A stretch of 63,990 nt of DNA, the filler included, from Malassezia furfur (taxonomy: Eukaryota): NCBI GenBank assembly GCA_052055015.1. It is 3 parts of 3 records of this genome, joined end to end, with 100 filler letters (N's around TTAATTAATTAA, not from the genome) between each part and the next. Parts side by side here need not be neighbours in the genome. Positions count along the whole stretch, not along the records: positions 43,454 to 63,990 come from JBQJIT010000176.1; 2 more parts are not named here. One strand, written 5' to 3'. Position numbers and translations under genes: made by a program. The notes beneath the pieces were generated by a model, which saw only the letters and a list, made by a program, of their open reading frames with translations, searched no databases and was not told where the DNA came from. Below are positions 43,454-55,047 of this stretch, in pieces; position 1 is the first letter of the stretch, and each line of letters opens with the position of its first letter.

Positions 43454-46400
43454 ACCACAGCCGGTGGCGCGCCTTGTTGGGCGCCGTGAGCTTCAGCTCG
43501 CGCTTGCCAGTGGTGATAACGATCGTCTGGTTGTACAGACCAGGCGGGTGCTGGTTGTGGTCGTCGGCGAGCGCGACCTGCTCGAGGTGCGCCATCTTGG
43601 ACTTGCCGCCCTCGGTCGTGCTGGGGTCGTGCTCGGTCCAGTGGATGGTGCGGTTGTACGGGTTGATGAAGAAGTAGCGCCGGTGGCGGCGCTCCGACGC
43701 GCCAAACATGCCGTGGCGCACATACTTCCACATGTACTCGCCGATCATGCACTGCAGGATCGCGTCGGCCACCTCGGGGTCGACGTTCTGCATGTGCGCG
43801 GGGAGCGCCGCGGGCGTCGCCACGGGGCGGCCGACCCACTCGGGGATCTCGTGCTCGGCCGCCTCCGTCTCGATGCTGCGCATCGACGCCATGGTGCCCA
43901 CCGACGACGCGTTCGACAGGCCTCGGCGGTGGCCCGTGCCCGACGCGAGGTGCGCGGGCACCGACGGCGTCGACGGCATGCTTGCGGCGGCCGCCTCGGC
44001 CTGCAGCCGCTCGACGTCGGTGGCGAGGCCGGCCGTGCGCGCCACCGCGGCCTCCTTCTCGGCGCGCAGCGTCGCCAGCTCGGCACGCAGCGCGTCGGTG
44101 TCGTCGCGCTGCCGCTGCTCGAGCGCCGCAACCTCCGAGGAGCGCAGCGCAAGCTGCTTGCGCAGCTCCGCGACGAGCTCGGCAAAGTGCGCACGGTCCG
44201 CCTGGCTCTCGGCGAGGCGCGCGTCCGCCTCGGCGCGCGCGGCGCGTGTGGAGGCGAGCTCGGCCGCCACGTCGCCGGCCGGCACCGGCTGCGTACGCAG
44301 CTCGTCGAGCTGCGCGACGTGCGCGGCGTTGTGCGCCATGAGCTCCTCGGCGTGCCCGGCCTGCAGCGCCTCGACCACCGCGCGGTGGTGCGTGTCGGCC
44401 TCAGCGAGGCGCTGCGCAAGCGTCTCGGCGTGCTCGGCGCGCAGCTCGGCGGCGAGCGCGTCGAGCGCCTCGGCGTGCTTGACGTTGTACTCCTCCATGA
44501 TCGCACGCCGCGCCTCGGCGTCGCGCTCCGCAAGCTCGGCACGCAGCGTGTCGAGCGCCGCGGCGTGGTCGGCGCGTGTGCGGCTGGCCTCGGCGGCGTG
44601 TGCGTCGCGCAGCTCGGTGATCTCCGCGGCGTGCGACTGCCGCAGCGCATCGAGCTCGGCCCCGAGCGTGGCCTGCATCCCGGCAAATACGTCCTCGTGC
44701 TCCTCCTTGAGCGCGTCGAGCAGGGCATCCTGCCCAGCGACCGACTCGGCGTGCTGTGCACGCAGCGCCTCGATCTCCGCGGCGTACTTGCCCTCCAGCC
44801 CGGCGTACACCTCTTCGTGTTCCGTCTTGAGCGCGTCGAGCAGTGCGTCCTGCTCGGCGGCGAGCGACGCCCGCTCCTTGGCGTGCTGCTCGCGCGCCTG
44901 TGCGAGCTCGGCGCGCAGGGCCTCGAGTGCGGACGCATGCTTGTCGGTCTGCTCGGCGAGCGCCGCGTCGCGCTCCTTTTGGGCGTGCGCGAGCATCGCC
45001 TGGCTCTCGGCGGCCTTGTCGGCGAGCGCTGCCTCGAGCGCTGCCTGCTGCTCGCTCGAGAGCTGCGCAAGGACGCGCGCATGCTCCGCCTGCAGCGCGC
45101 CGAGCGCCGCGGCGTGCTCGGTGGACTGCCGCGCAAGCGCATCGGAGTGCGCCTGCTCAAGGTCGGCGCAGCGAGCGGCGTACGTGCGGTCCTGGTCGGC
45201 ATGCTCGCTGCGCAGCGCGTCGACGGCCTCGGCGTGCGTGCGGGTGTGCGACGCAAGCGCCGCGGCGTGCTCGGCCTCGGCCTGGGCGAGGGTGGCGGCG
45301 TGCTCCTTGCGCAGCGCGTCCAGGGCCGATTCGCGCTCGGCCCCGGCCTGTGCCAGGGCGTCGGCATGCTCCTTGCGGAGACCCTCGAGGGACGCGTCGC
45401 GCTCCGTCCGAGACTGGGCAAGCGCCTCGGCATGCTCCTTGCGCAGGGCATCCAAGGCCGCCTGGTGCTCGCTCTGCGTCTGTGCGGCCCCCTCGGTGTG
45501 CTCCTTGCGCAGAGCCTCGAGGGCTGCGTCGCGCTCGGCCTCGGCCCGTGCGAGGGCCTCGGCCTGCTCCCTGCGCAGGGCATCCAAGACCGACGCATGC
45601 TCGGCTTGGGCCTGTGCGGTGCTCGCCGCGTGCTCGTTCTGCAGTGCCTTGAGCGCCGTGTCGCGCTCAGTCTGCGCCTTGGACAGCGCCTCGTCGTGGC
45701 TCTTCCGTAGCGCCTCGAGGGCCGCGTCGCGCTCGGCTTGCGCCTTGGACCGCGCTTCATCATGGCGCTTTTGCAGCGCCTCGAGCGCCGCACGATGCTC
45801 GACCTGTGCCTGGGCAGACCGGTCGGCGTGCTCTTTCCGTAGGGTCTCGATAGCCGCGTCGCGCTCAACCTGCGCTTCGGACAGCGCCTCGTCGTGGCCC
45901 TTCCGCAGCGCGTCGAGGGCGGTGTCGCGCTCGATCTGTGCCTTGGACAGCGCTTCGCTGTGCTCTTTTTGCAGCGCCTCGAGCGCCGCACCATGCTCGG
46001 CCTGCACCTTGGCCACCGCCTCGTCGCGCTCGGCCTGCGCCTTGGCCATAGCTTCGGCGTGCTCGGCCCGGGCCTTGGCTACAGCCTCGTCGCGCTCTTT
46101 GCGCAGCGCCTCGAGGGCCGCGCCGTGCTCGGCCTTGCCTGAGGACAGCGCCGCGTCGCGCTCAGCCTGCGCCTGGGCAACAGCCTCGGCGTGCTCCTTC
46201 CGCAGGGCATCAAGGGCCGCAGAGCGCTCCGCCTCACCCTTCTGAAGAGCCTCGGCGTGCTCCTTCCGCAGTGCATCGAGGGCCGCAGAGCGTTCCGCCT
46301 CACCCTTCTGAAGAGCCTCGGCGTGCTCCTTGCGAAGACGATCGAGCTCCGTACCGTGCTCTTGGTGGGCGGCATCGAGGGCAGCGGCGTGCTCTGCCTG

Positions 46401-49400
46401 CATTTTGGACAGCGCCGCGTCGTGCTCGGCGCGCGTGCGCTGCAGCGTCTCAAGGTGCGGCTTCTGGGCCGCCTCCATGGCGCCAGCGACCTCGCGGTCC
46501 TTGCGTGCGAGTGCCTCGGCATGGGCCGTTTGGAGTGCGTCGATCGCCTTGGTATGGTCGTCGTCCTTCTGGGCGAGGGCCTCGGTGTGCTCTTTGCGGA
46601 GCGCCTCTTGGGCCGCGGCGTGCGCAGCCTCTTTCCGGGCGAGGGCGTCGGCATGCTCGTTATGCGTGCCGGTGCGTGCCTCGGCATGCTCCTGGCGCAG
46701 CGCCTCGAGTGCCGCGGCGTGCTGTCGCTCGCGCTCAGCCAGTGCGTCGGCGTGCCCGTTACGGAGCTTCTCGAGCTCAGCTGCATGCTTGGTCTGGCTC
46801 GACTCGAGCGCCGCCGCATGCTCGGCCTTGAGCGCGTCGAGCGCCGACGTGCTGCCGCTCTCGGCGCGCGCAAGCGCCTCGGTGTGCTCCTTGCGCAGGG
46901 CGTCCATCGCGTCGGTGTGCTCGCGCTGGACCTGGGCAAGCGCCGCAGCATGCTCTTTCTCGAGCGCCTCGCGCGTAGCAGCCAGCTCCTTTTCGCGCTG
47001 CGCCTGTGCGTCGGCATGCTCCTTCTGCAGCGCATCGAGCGCCGCGCGGTGCTCCTCATCGCGGCGGGCAAGCGCCGCATCGTGCTCCTTCTGCGCGGCC
47101 GCCAACGACCCGCCATGCTCATTCGCCCGCTGTTCGAGGGCACGGGCATGCGCCTTGTCGCGCGCGTCGAGCGCTGCTTGGTGCTCGTCCTTGTGCTGGA
47201 CGAGCACCGCGGCATGCTCTTTCTCAAGCGCTTCGAGGGCCGCGCGGTGCTCGGCAGAGCGCTGGTCGTGCGCCGTGGCGTGCTCTTTCTTGAGGGCGTC
47301 GAGCGCCGCTTGGTGCTCGTCCTTGTGCTGGGCAAGCGCCGCGGCGTGCTCTTCCTTGAGCGCGTCGAGCGCGGCCGTGCGCTGCTGCTCACGCTCGGCC
47401 AGCGCCGCGGCATGCTCCGTCTGAAGCGACGCAAGGGCCGTGCGGTGCTCCTCCTGGCCCTTTTGCAGCGCCGCATGCGCCTCGGCATGCTCTGCGACCT
47501 TCTTAGCAAGGGCCTCGGCGTGCTCTTGCTTGAGGGCATCGAGTGCCTTGGTGTGCTTGCCGTCTTTCTTGGTGAGCGCCTTTTTGTGGTCGCGCTTGAG
47601 GGCGTCGACAATCTTGGCGTGCTCGGTCTCTTTGCCCGTCAGCGCCTCGCTGTGTTTCTTGTGCCAAGCATCGAGCGCAGCGGTGTGCTCCGTGTGCCGG
47701 CGCGCCAGGGCCTCGGCGTGCTCTTTCTGCGCGGCATCAAGGGCCGCGGCATGTTCCTTGCGGACAGCATCGAGGGCCGCAGCGTGCTCTTGGCGCGCGG
47801 CATCGAGCGCCTGGGCGTGCTCGGTGTCCCGCGCGGCGAGCGCCTCGCTGTGCGCCTTCTCGAGGGCGGCCCTTGCCTCGGCGTGTTCCTTCTTGAGCGC
47901 ATCGAGCGTCGCCGTGGCCTTTTGCTCGCTCGCGGCGAGGGCCTCCGCATGCTCTTGGCGGAGCGCCGCCGTCGCCGCTTCGTACTCGTTCGTGAGCGCC
48001 GCGCGCGCCTCGTCGTGCTCTTTGGTGAACGTGGCACGCGCCTCGTCGTGCTCCCGCTTGAGCGCGTCGAGCGCCGTGCTGTGCTCGCGGTCCTTGGCGT
48101 CGAGCGCCGCGCTGTGCTCGCGGTCCTTCGCACTGAGCGCCTCGGCGTGCACGCTGTCCCGGCCGCCAAGCGCCTCTTCGTGCTGGGTGCGGAGCGCCGC
48201 CACTGCCTTGTCGTGCGCCTCGCCCTGGCTCGCGAGCGCCGCGTCGTGTTCACGCGCCTTGCGGGCGACCACATCGAGGTGCTCCTTCATGAGCGACTCG
48301 AGCACATCGGCATGCTCGTCGTCCTTGTGCTGCAAAGCCTCGGTGTGCTCCTTGCGCAGCGCGGCGAGCGCCGCGTCGTGCTGCGCTGCCTGTGCGTCGA
48401 GTGCCGCGCGGTGCTCCTCGCCAGCCTTGTCGAGTGCCGCGGTGTGCGCCTTCTTGAGCGCGTCAAGCGCGTCGGTGTGCGTACGCTCCAGCGCTGCAGC
48501 CGCCGCCTTGTGCTCGTCGGCGGCCTGGGCCAGGGCCGACTCGCGCGCGGCAGCCGCGTCGGCGAGCGCCTTGGCATGTGCGTCGTCCTTGGCCAGCGCC
48601 GCCTCCCGTGCACGCTCCACCTCCGCGGCATGCTCCGTGCGCAGCTGCGCGAGCGCCTCGGTGTGCTCCGTGCGCAGCTGGGCCTGTGCGTCGTCGTGCG
48701 CCTGCGCCTGCGCACTCGCCTGCGCGTGGGCCTCGTCGCGCTCTTTCTCGAGCGTGGCGACGCGCGCGGCGTGCGCCGCCTGCGCCTTGTCCAGCGCGGC
48801 ACTCCGCTTCTTGTCGAGCTTGGCGAGCGCCGCGTCGTGCTCGCGCTGGGCCTGCGCCAGCGCCTCGGCGTGCGTCTTGCGCAGCTCGTCCAGCACCCGC
48901 GCATGCTCCGTGCGTGTCTCGGTGAGTTGCGCCGCAAGCGCCGCACGCTCGTCGTCCTTGGTGCGCACCGCCTGCGCATGCCGCGCCTCGAGCGACGCGA
49001 CGCTCTGCTTGTGCTCGGCCTTGGTGGCCTTGAGTGCCTCGGCGTGCTTCGCGTTGAGCGCCTGGGCGGCCGCGGCATGCTGTGCGTCGCGCGCCGCGAG
49101 CTGTGCGGCATGGCGCTTCTCCAGCTCGCCCTGTGCCGCTGCGTGCTTGGCGTCGCGCGTGTCGAGCGCCGCCTGGTGCCGCCGCGCGAGCTTCTCGAGC
49201 TCGGCGGCCTGGTCGGACTTGGCCGCCTTGGCCGCCGCCGCATGCACACTGCGCAGCTGGTCGAGCGCGGCGGTGTGCTCCTTGCGCAGCGACGCGGTCG
49301 ACTTGGCGTGCCGCTGCTCTTGCACGGCGCTTGCGTCGCTGTGCGAGGATTTGAGCGCGTCGATGGCCTGCTTGTGCTGCGCCTGCAGCGCGGCCAGCGC

Positions 49401-50975
49401 CGCGGCGTGCTCGGCGTCGTGCGCACGCAGCGCCGCGGTGTGCTCGGCCTGGGCTTGAGCGAGCGCCGCGGCGAGCGCCTGTGCGTGCTCGGCGTCGCGC
49501 GCCGCCAGTTGCTGGGCATGGGCCGCCTCGGCCCGCGCGACGGCCTCGGCCGCAGGGTCGCCCTCGGTCATGACACACGCGTCGATAAGCTCTGGTTTGA
49601 ACGCATACTCTGCATCGAGCTCCGCGCCGAGCGCGCCGGTATGGATCACGCCGCTCGGCGAGCGCATCGTCAGGCTGCGCAGGCCGGCCTGGTCCGCCAT
49701 CGACGGGTGCGTACCGAGCAAGTCGGCCATCGACGGGTCGAGCGACACGTCCTTCACAATCACGCTCTCGTCCGCAAACTCCTCGTCGATCCAGTCGGCG
49801 TTCTCGGGGACCTCGGGCACGATGGGGATGTGCGTGTCGCGCGACATGATGCGCCGGTGCCCCGGGCGTTTCGGCACACGCACCGGCCGCGGCACGTGTG
49901 GCACCGCGACCGACTCGGTGATCCACGCCTCGTCGTCGTCCGCGACCGACGTCTCTTCGTCCTCCTCCTCGTCGTCGCTCGGCACCGGCAGACCGGCCGT
50001 CGTAAGAGAGCGCCGCAGCTCCACCAGCTGCTCGCGCAGCTTGCGCTGCTGCTGCCCGTCGCGCCCGATGCGCTTGAGCGCGACCGCGAGCTTGGCACGC
50101 AGGTCGTCTGCCTCGGACGCGGCCGGCATGGGCGGCGGCGTACTGTGCACCGCGTCGTCGTCAAGCGCAAAGCGGTGCCGCAGCGGCGGACTGTCTTCCG
50201 TCGTGGGTGTCGTCGGCGCGAGGGGCGCCGCCACCTCCATCGTGGGGCTACGCAGCGGCTGCCGCGGGCGCTCCGTAACCTGCATGCGTTTCAGCTGGCC
50301 CTGCAGGTCGGAGATGTTGCGCCGGAAACCGGCACGCTCCCGGCGCGACAGTGCTTGGGCGGTCTCGTGCTGCTTCTGCAGCTTGCGCACTTCCTCCTCA
50401 CGGCGCTCGAGCTCGGCGTGCTGCGCCTCGTACGTCTCACGCACCTGGGCAAGCTCGGCGGCGAGGCGCTGCCGCTCGCTCTCGGCCTTGTTTTGCGCCG
50501 CGGTGCGGGCGGCCAACTGCTCTTCGAGCTGCTGGTGCGCGACGTACAGGTCCCAGTTTTCCTGCTTGACTGCATCGTGCTTTGTTTCGAGGTCTGCGAC
50601 GCGCATCTTGATCACGTCGACCTGGCGCGCGGCCTCCTCCTTGTCGTGCCGCAAGCGGTCGACGTCGCCGGTGGGCGCCGGTTGTGCCCCTGTGCCAAAG
50701 AACGGCGGGACGCGCGCCGTGGCGCTGCGCTCGAGGCCAAGCGCATGCGTGATCTGCTCCAAAAGTTTCTCGCGCTGCGCGTGCATTTCGTGCAGCTCGG
50801 CGAGCACCTGCTCGTCGTCGGCCTGGGCCGCACGCGACGGGTCGTTGACGTCGTCGAGCAGTGCCTCGAGCTGCCGCTGGTGCTCGAGCAGGCCTTGGCC
50901 CAGGAGGCCGGCCGCATGCGTCTGTTCCTTCACCGCATCGATCCCTTCGCGGATCCGCGCTGCCGGGTGCGACAT
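43454..50975 (-). CDS. NUM1: Num1/ApsA/Mcp5-like cortical dynein anchor with giant repetitive coiled coil and C-terminal PH domain (3' truncated)
   Basis: N-terminal coiled coil (AAGLLGQGLLEHQRQL); C-terminal ILQCMIGEYMWKYVR..ERRHRRYFFINPYNRTIHW..PPGLY..RELKLTAP..RH..W, typical of the Mcp5/Num1 PH domain. Confidence 0.85.
44250..49520 (-). repeat. Degenerate coding tandem repeat, 33/66-nt (11/22-aa) period, consensus about EHAAALDALRK
   Basis: Recurrent GTGCTC (E-H) on the + strand at 33-nt multiples; near-exact 66-nt copies start at 46183, 46249 and (partial) 46315. Confidence 0.85.
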
Positions 50976-51085
50976 CGCGCCAGCGACCTCGGGGAACGCG
51001 TCGCTCGGTGCCAACCCAGGCACGCCCGCACGCGTCGCGCGGTGTTGGAGGTTCGGCCGAGAGGAACTACGGCGCGACTACTATG

Positions 51086-53164
51086 TTAGGCGTCCACGTC
51101 CTGCGTGCCGGTGTACGCGGGGAGCTTTTGGCACGCACCGGTCCAGTCGAGGCGGCCAGTGCACAGCTGCTGCACCACATCGACCACCTCGTCGACGGTG
51201 CCGATGCGCTGCGCGGTCGTGTCGCGCTCGCGCAGGGTCAGCGTGCCCTTGGCGACCGACGCAAAGTCGATCGTCACCGCAAACGGCGTGCCGAGCTCGT
51301 CGTTGCGCGCGTAGCGGCGGCCGATCGTCGCGCTGCTGTCGTCGATGCGCGACGGGATGTTGAGCTTGCGCAGGCGCTTGCACACCTGCTGCGCCAGCGG
51401 CGAGAGCTGCTCGTTCGAGCTGATCGGCACAATCAGCACCTTGAACGGCGCCACCAGCGGCGGGAGCGACAGCACACCGCGCTCCTTGTCCTCCTCACGC
51501 GACCAGAAGGAGTGCTCGAGCAGCGCATAGAAGATACGGCCGATACCGAACGACGGCTCAATCACGTTCGGCGTAAAGCTGCGCACGCTCTCCTTGATCG
51601 TCTTGTACTCGACCGCGACCTGCTCGGGCGTGAGGGCAAAGGTGTTGCCGTTCGCCTGCACGCTCGCGCTGCCGTTCGCCAGGTCGGCCTGCAGCGCCTT
51701 GAGCTGGTCCTGGTCAAGGCCAAGCACAGTGTCCTCGATGAGCTTGGCGTCCTTCTTGAACGCGGGGCCCAGCACCTTTTTGTTGAGCGTCGGGACGTAT
51801 TTCTGGTACACCTTGGGCTCCTTCAACGGGACCTGCACCACGAGCTCGCGCTTGGTGCGGTTGCTGTGCATCGTCAGGTCGTACGCGCTGCGGTCCGCAC
51901 AGCCGACGCACTCGATCCACCCGTAGCTCGTGAGCAGCTCGGCGTCCCAGCAGTCGCTCGCATAGTGCGCCATCTCGTTCTCCATGTGCTGGCGGAAGCG
52001 CAGGCGGTTGACGTCGATACCGATCGCCTCGAGGAAGAGGTAGATGCGGCCGACAAAGTAGCCGAGCGTCTCGTTGTCGACCATGCCGGAGCGCACCGCC
52101 TCGCCAATCGTCATCTTCTTCACCGTGGTCTCCCCGGCCTTTTGCACGTCGCGGTGCAGCAGCGGCACCACAATGTGCTCCACCTCGTGGAAGCGCGCGT
52201 GGTTCTTGTTCTCCGGGTCCACGTAGTGCTCGATCTCCGCCATGACGAACTCGCGCACACGCAGCAGACCGGCACGCGGGCTGATCTCGTTGCGGAAGCT
52301 CTTGCCGATCTGCGCACTCGCAAACGGCACGCGGCCGTTGTTGAAGTCGAGCAGGCGCTCAAAGTTGACAAAGTGGCCCTGCGCAGTCTCGGGGCGCAGG
52401 TAGCCCTTGGTCTGGCCAGTCGGGCCGATGTTGCTCTCAAACATCAGGTTGAACTCGGTTGGCTCCGACACTTCGTTGCCGCTCGCCGGCGCACGCAGGT
52501 CGTACTTCTTGATGATCTCGGAGAGCTGCGCACCGGAGTAGTCGTCGATCTGCGCCAGGATCTTGTGGTAGGCCGCGACCTCGTCGTCAGGCAGCTTGAC
52601 CGCCACCGACTTGGCCTTCTTCTTGGTCTTTTTGTCGTTCGCCGTAGGCGCCGCATCGGCAACCGCCTGGCCGGACTCCTTGGCGCGCGCCTCGGCGTCG
52701 CCCTTGAGGCGCGCCTCGAGCACGTTCTCCACCATGTGGTCCGCGCGGTAGATCTCGCCCGTCTTGGTATCCTTCACCATCCAGTCGGCAAACTTGTCGA
52801 CGTGGCCGGACGTCTTGAGCACGTCAGAAAGCGTCATGATCGTCGTGTCGAGCTCGAGCATGTCCTCCTCGATGATGAAGTGGTTGCGCCAGTGGTTGAT
52901 GATGTTCGACTGAAGCGCCGCACCACTCGGTCCGTAGTCGTAAAGACCCGCCACACCACCGTAGATCTCAAACGCCTGCGTGTAGAAGAAGCGCTTGGTC
53001 ATCAGCCCCTCGAGCTGAGCACGCTCAAAGGGGTGTGCGTCTTTCTTGACCAGCGTAGGTTCCTGCGCCGGTGCTGCCATACTTGCAAAGGTACGGAGTG
53101 CTCGTGGAAGTTGCGTTCGTACTGCAGAAGATGTGACTCGGAAGGCTCGCCCCACCGTCAGCAT
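51086..53164 (-). CDS. GRS1: Glycyl-tRNA synthetase (probably dual mitochondrial/cytosolic)
   Basis: FEIYGGVAGLYDYGP, SGHVDKFAD, FNLMF, YLRPETAQGHF, FRNEISPR, REFVMAEIEHY, EPSFGIGRI, IGRRYARNDELG. Confidence 0.97.
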   Translation of the reverse strand: MLTVGRAFRVTSSAVRTQLPRALRTFASMAAPAQEPTLVKKDAHPFERAQLEGLMTKRFFYTQAFEIYGGVAGLYDYGPSGAALQSNIINHWRNHFIIEEDMLELDTTIMTLSDVLKTSGHVDKFADWMVKDTKTGEIYRADHMVENVLEARLKGDAEARAKESGQAVADAAPTANDKKTKKKAKSVAVKLPDDEVAAYHKILAQIDDYSGAQLSEIIKKYDLRAPASGNEVSEPTEFNLMFESNIGPTGQTKGYLRPETAQGHFVNFERLLDFNNGRVPFASAQIGKSFRNEISPRAGLLRVREFVMAEIEHYVDPENKNHARFHEVEHIVVPLLHRDVQKAGETTVKKMTIGEAVRSGMVDNETLGYFVGRIYLFLEAIGIDVNRLRFRQHMENEMAHYASDCWDAELLTSYGWIECVGCADRSAYDLTMHSNRTKRELVVQVPLKEPKVYQKYVPTLNKKVLGPAFKKDAKLIEDTVLGLDQDQLKALQADLANGSASVQANGNTFALTPEQVAVEYKTIKESVRSFTPNVIEPSFGIGRIFYALLEHSFWSREEDKERGVLSLPPLVAPFKVLIVPISSNEQLSPLAQQVCKRLRKLNIPSRIDDSSATIGRRYARNDELGTPFAVTIDFASVAKGTLTLRERDTTAQRIGTVDEVVDVVQQLCTGRLDWTGACQKLPAYTGTQDVDA

Positions 53165-53203
53165 CCAAAGCCAAACGGCTGCATCGAGACGCTTCGGTGC
53201 CTC

Positions 53204-53225
53204 GTCACATGATGTACATCACGTG
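53204..53225 (+). promoter_or_regulatory. GTCACATG + ATCACGTG pair in the 77-nt divergent promoter GRS1/FMP25
   Basis: Two RTCACRTG matches 14 nt apart. Confidence 0.55.
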
Positions 53226-53241
53226 GTGCGAACGAGCCACC

Positions 53242-55046
53242 ATGTTCGGCGCACGAAGCTTTCGCGCGGCGGGGGCGCTGCGCACCGCGTGTGCCTCCCG
53301 GCCCCGCGCATGGGCATCGGGGGCCGTAGTCGGCGGCAGCGCACTTGCCTACTCGCTCGCCGCTGTCTGGAGCGACGGCGACGCGCTGCAAGGCGCGCCG
53401 ACGGAGCAGCGCTTCCCGCTCTGCTCCGTGTTCGCGTGGGGCAACAACCGGTAGGTAGACGCGCGCACGCTGACGCCAGCGACAAGGTCGTCGCACCGCA
53501 CAAGAACAAGAGCGACATTAAGACACCGGCGCCTATCCCGGCGTTTGACGGCGTCGCGCTGCGTGACTTGCAGCTTGCCGAGACACACGGCGCGGCCGTC
53601 GACGCCCACGGCGACGTCGTGCAGTGGGGCGCCGGCTTCACCGATGAACTCGATCCCAAGGCGCCCCTGGTCCCGCAAAAGACGCTCGTGGGCATGGACA
53701 TTGTGAAGGTGCAGTTGTGTGGGCCCAAGGTGTATGCCCTGTCGCGCGGCGGGTCGATTTATGTGTTCGCCGCAGAGCGCATCCTCCAGCTCACGCCGGG
53801 GTCGTGGCGTGACAAGCTGCCGGGCGCCTCGGCAACGATCGACTACGTCAAGCTCGACACGGTCGCTGACGGCCGGCCGACCAAGGAGCGTTTCGTGTCG
53901 ATCGCCGCGGGAAAGCACCACCTCCTCGCTCTCTCCCAGCGCGGCACCGTGTGGTCGGTGCCAGTTGATGAGCACGCCAACGCCTACGGCCAGCTGGGCT
54001 ATTCGCAGACCGCCCTCAACGCCGCGCCCGAATCGCAGCGCACGCAGGTGGAGGCCATTCCCTGGCGCCTCGAGCCGCAGATCCTCGCGCGCAAGCGGCA
54101 GGGCGCCGGATCGACGACGTCGCTGCTCGACGTACCGATGGGCGACCTGCCCGAGGGTCGCGTGTGGGTCGCGCCAAGCAACATCCGCTTTGCGACGCAG
54201 CTTCGCCCGATTCCCTCGCTGCGCGACGTGGAAATTGCACAGATCGCCGCCGGCCTCGAGCACTCAGCGGCGCGCACGCCGACGGGTCGCGTCGTCGGCT
54301 GGGGTCGCAACACGTACGGCCAGCTGGCGCTCGGCGAATCGTCGTTTGGCGACACGATCGCGGTGCCGACCGAAGTGCGCTGGCCCCACGCGGTGCTGGG
54401 CGCCGACACGCGGTGCACCGATTTGGTCGCCGGTGCACACAACACCTTTTTCGTGATGCGCAGCAATGGGGCGCCGCCAGCTCCCAAGGGCGACGATGAC
54501 GATGCGCCGCCGAAGCCCCTGGTGCTCAAGGATCGTGTGGACGTGCTGGCCGCGGGATGGGGTGAGCGCGGATCGCTTGGCAATGCGCTGCGCTCGCAGG
54601 TCTGTAGCGTGCCGGCGCGCGTGAAGAACGTCTCGGGGCTGCTCGAGTACTCTGAGCAGCAGCACACCGTCGTCCCGATCGGCGTGCGGTCGCTGAGCGT
54701 TGGGCCAGACGGACAATGTGCGCTGGTGGTCGATGTCAACTCGCTCGGCGAGCAAAACCACCGCGACGTGTGGGTGTGGGGCGCCAACGACCAATACCAG
54801 CTCGGGAACGGCAAGCACTCGAACCTCGCGACGCCCGCGCTGCTCACGCTGCCGCTCCCCGGCGGCGAGGCGACAACGCAAAAGAACGGGCCGACGCTCA
54901 ACCGCCTCCTGCTCGTGGAGCGCAGCAAAGTGCCCGGCAAGGCGTACGAGGCGGACGGCAGCGGCAGCCAGCGCAAGTACCACATCGAGCAGCACATCGT
55001 GGCCGGCGGCGATGGCATGGCGGTGTACGGGCGTGTGGTGCTATGA
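53242..55046 (+). CDS. FMP25: Mitochondrial RCC1-repeat protein (Fmp25-like); intron 53451-53479
   Basis: Arg/Ala-rich presequence, VFAWGNN, IAAGKHHLLAL, AYGQLG, IAAGLEHS..GWGRNTYGQL, WGANDQYQLGNGK. Confidence 0.75.
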
Positions 55047-55047
55047 T

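Noticed and set aside
44250..49520. CRISPR-like or satellite array
   Set aside because: Repeats are degenerate, codon-phased and inside a single ORF, with no constant repeat plus unique spacer structure
46191..51089. 1632-aa plus-strand ORF (and 43464-45710, 43708-46245, 47440-49458)
   Set aside because: Antisense shadows of the GC-rich repetitive NUM1-like gene; no motifs, composition explained by the reverse complement
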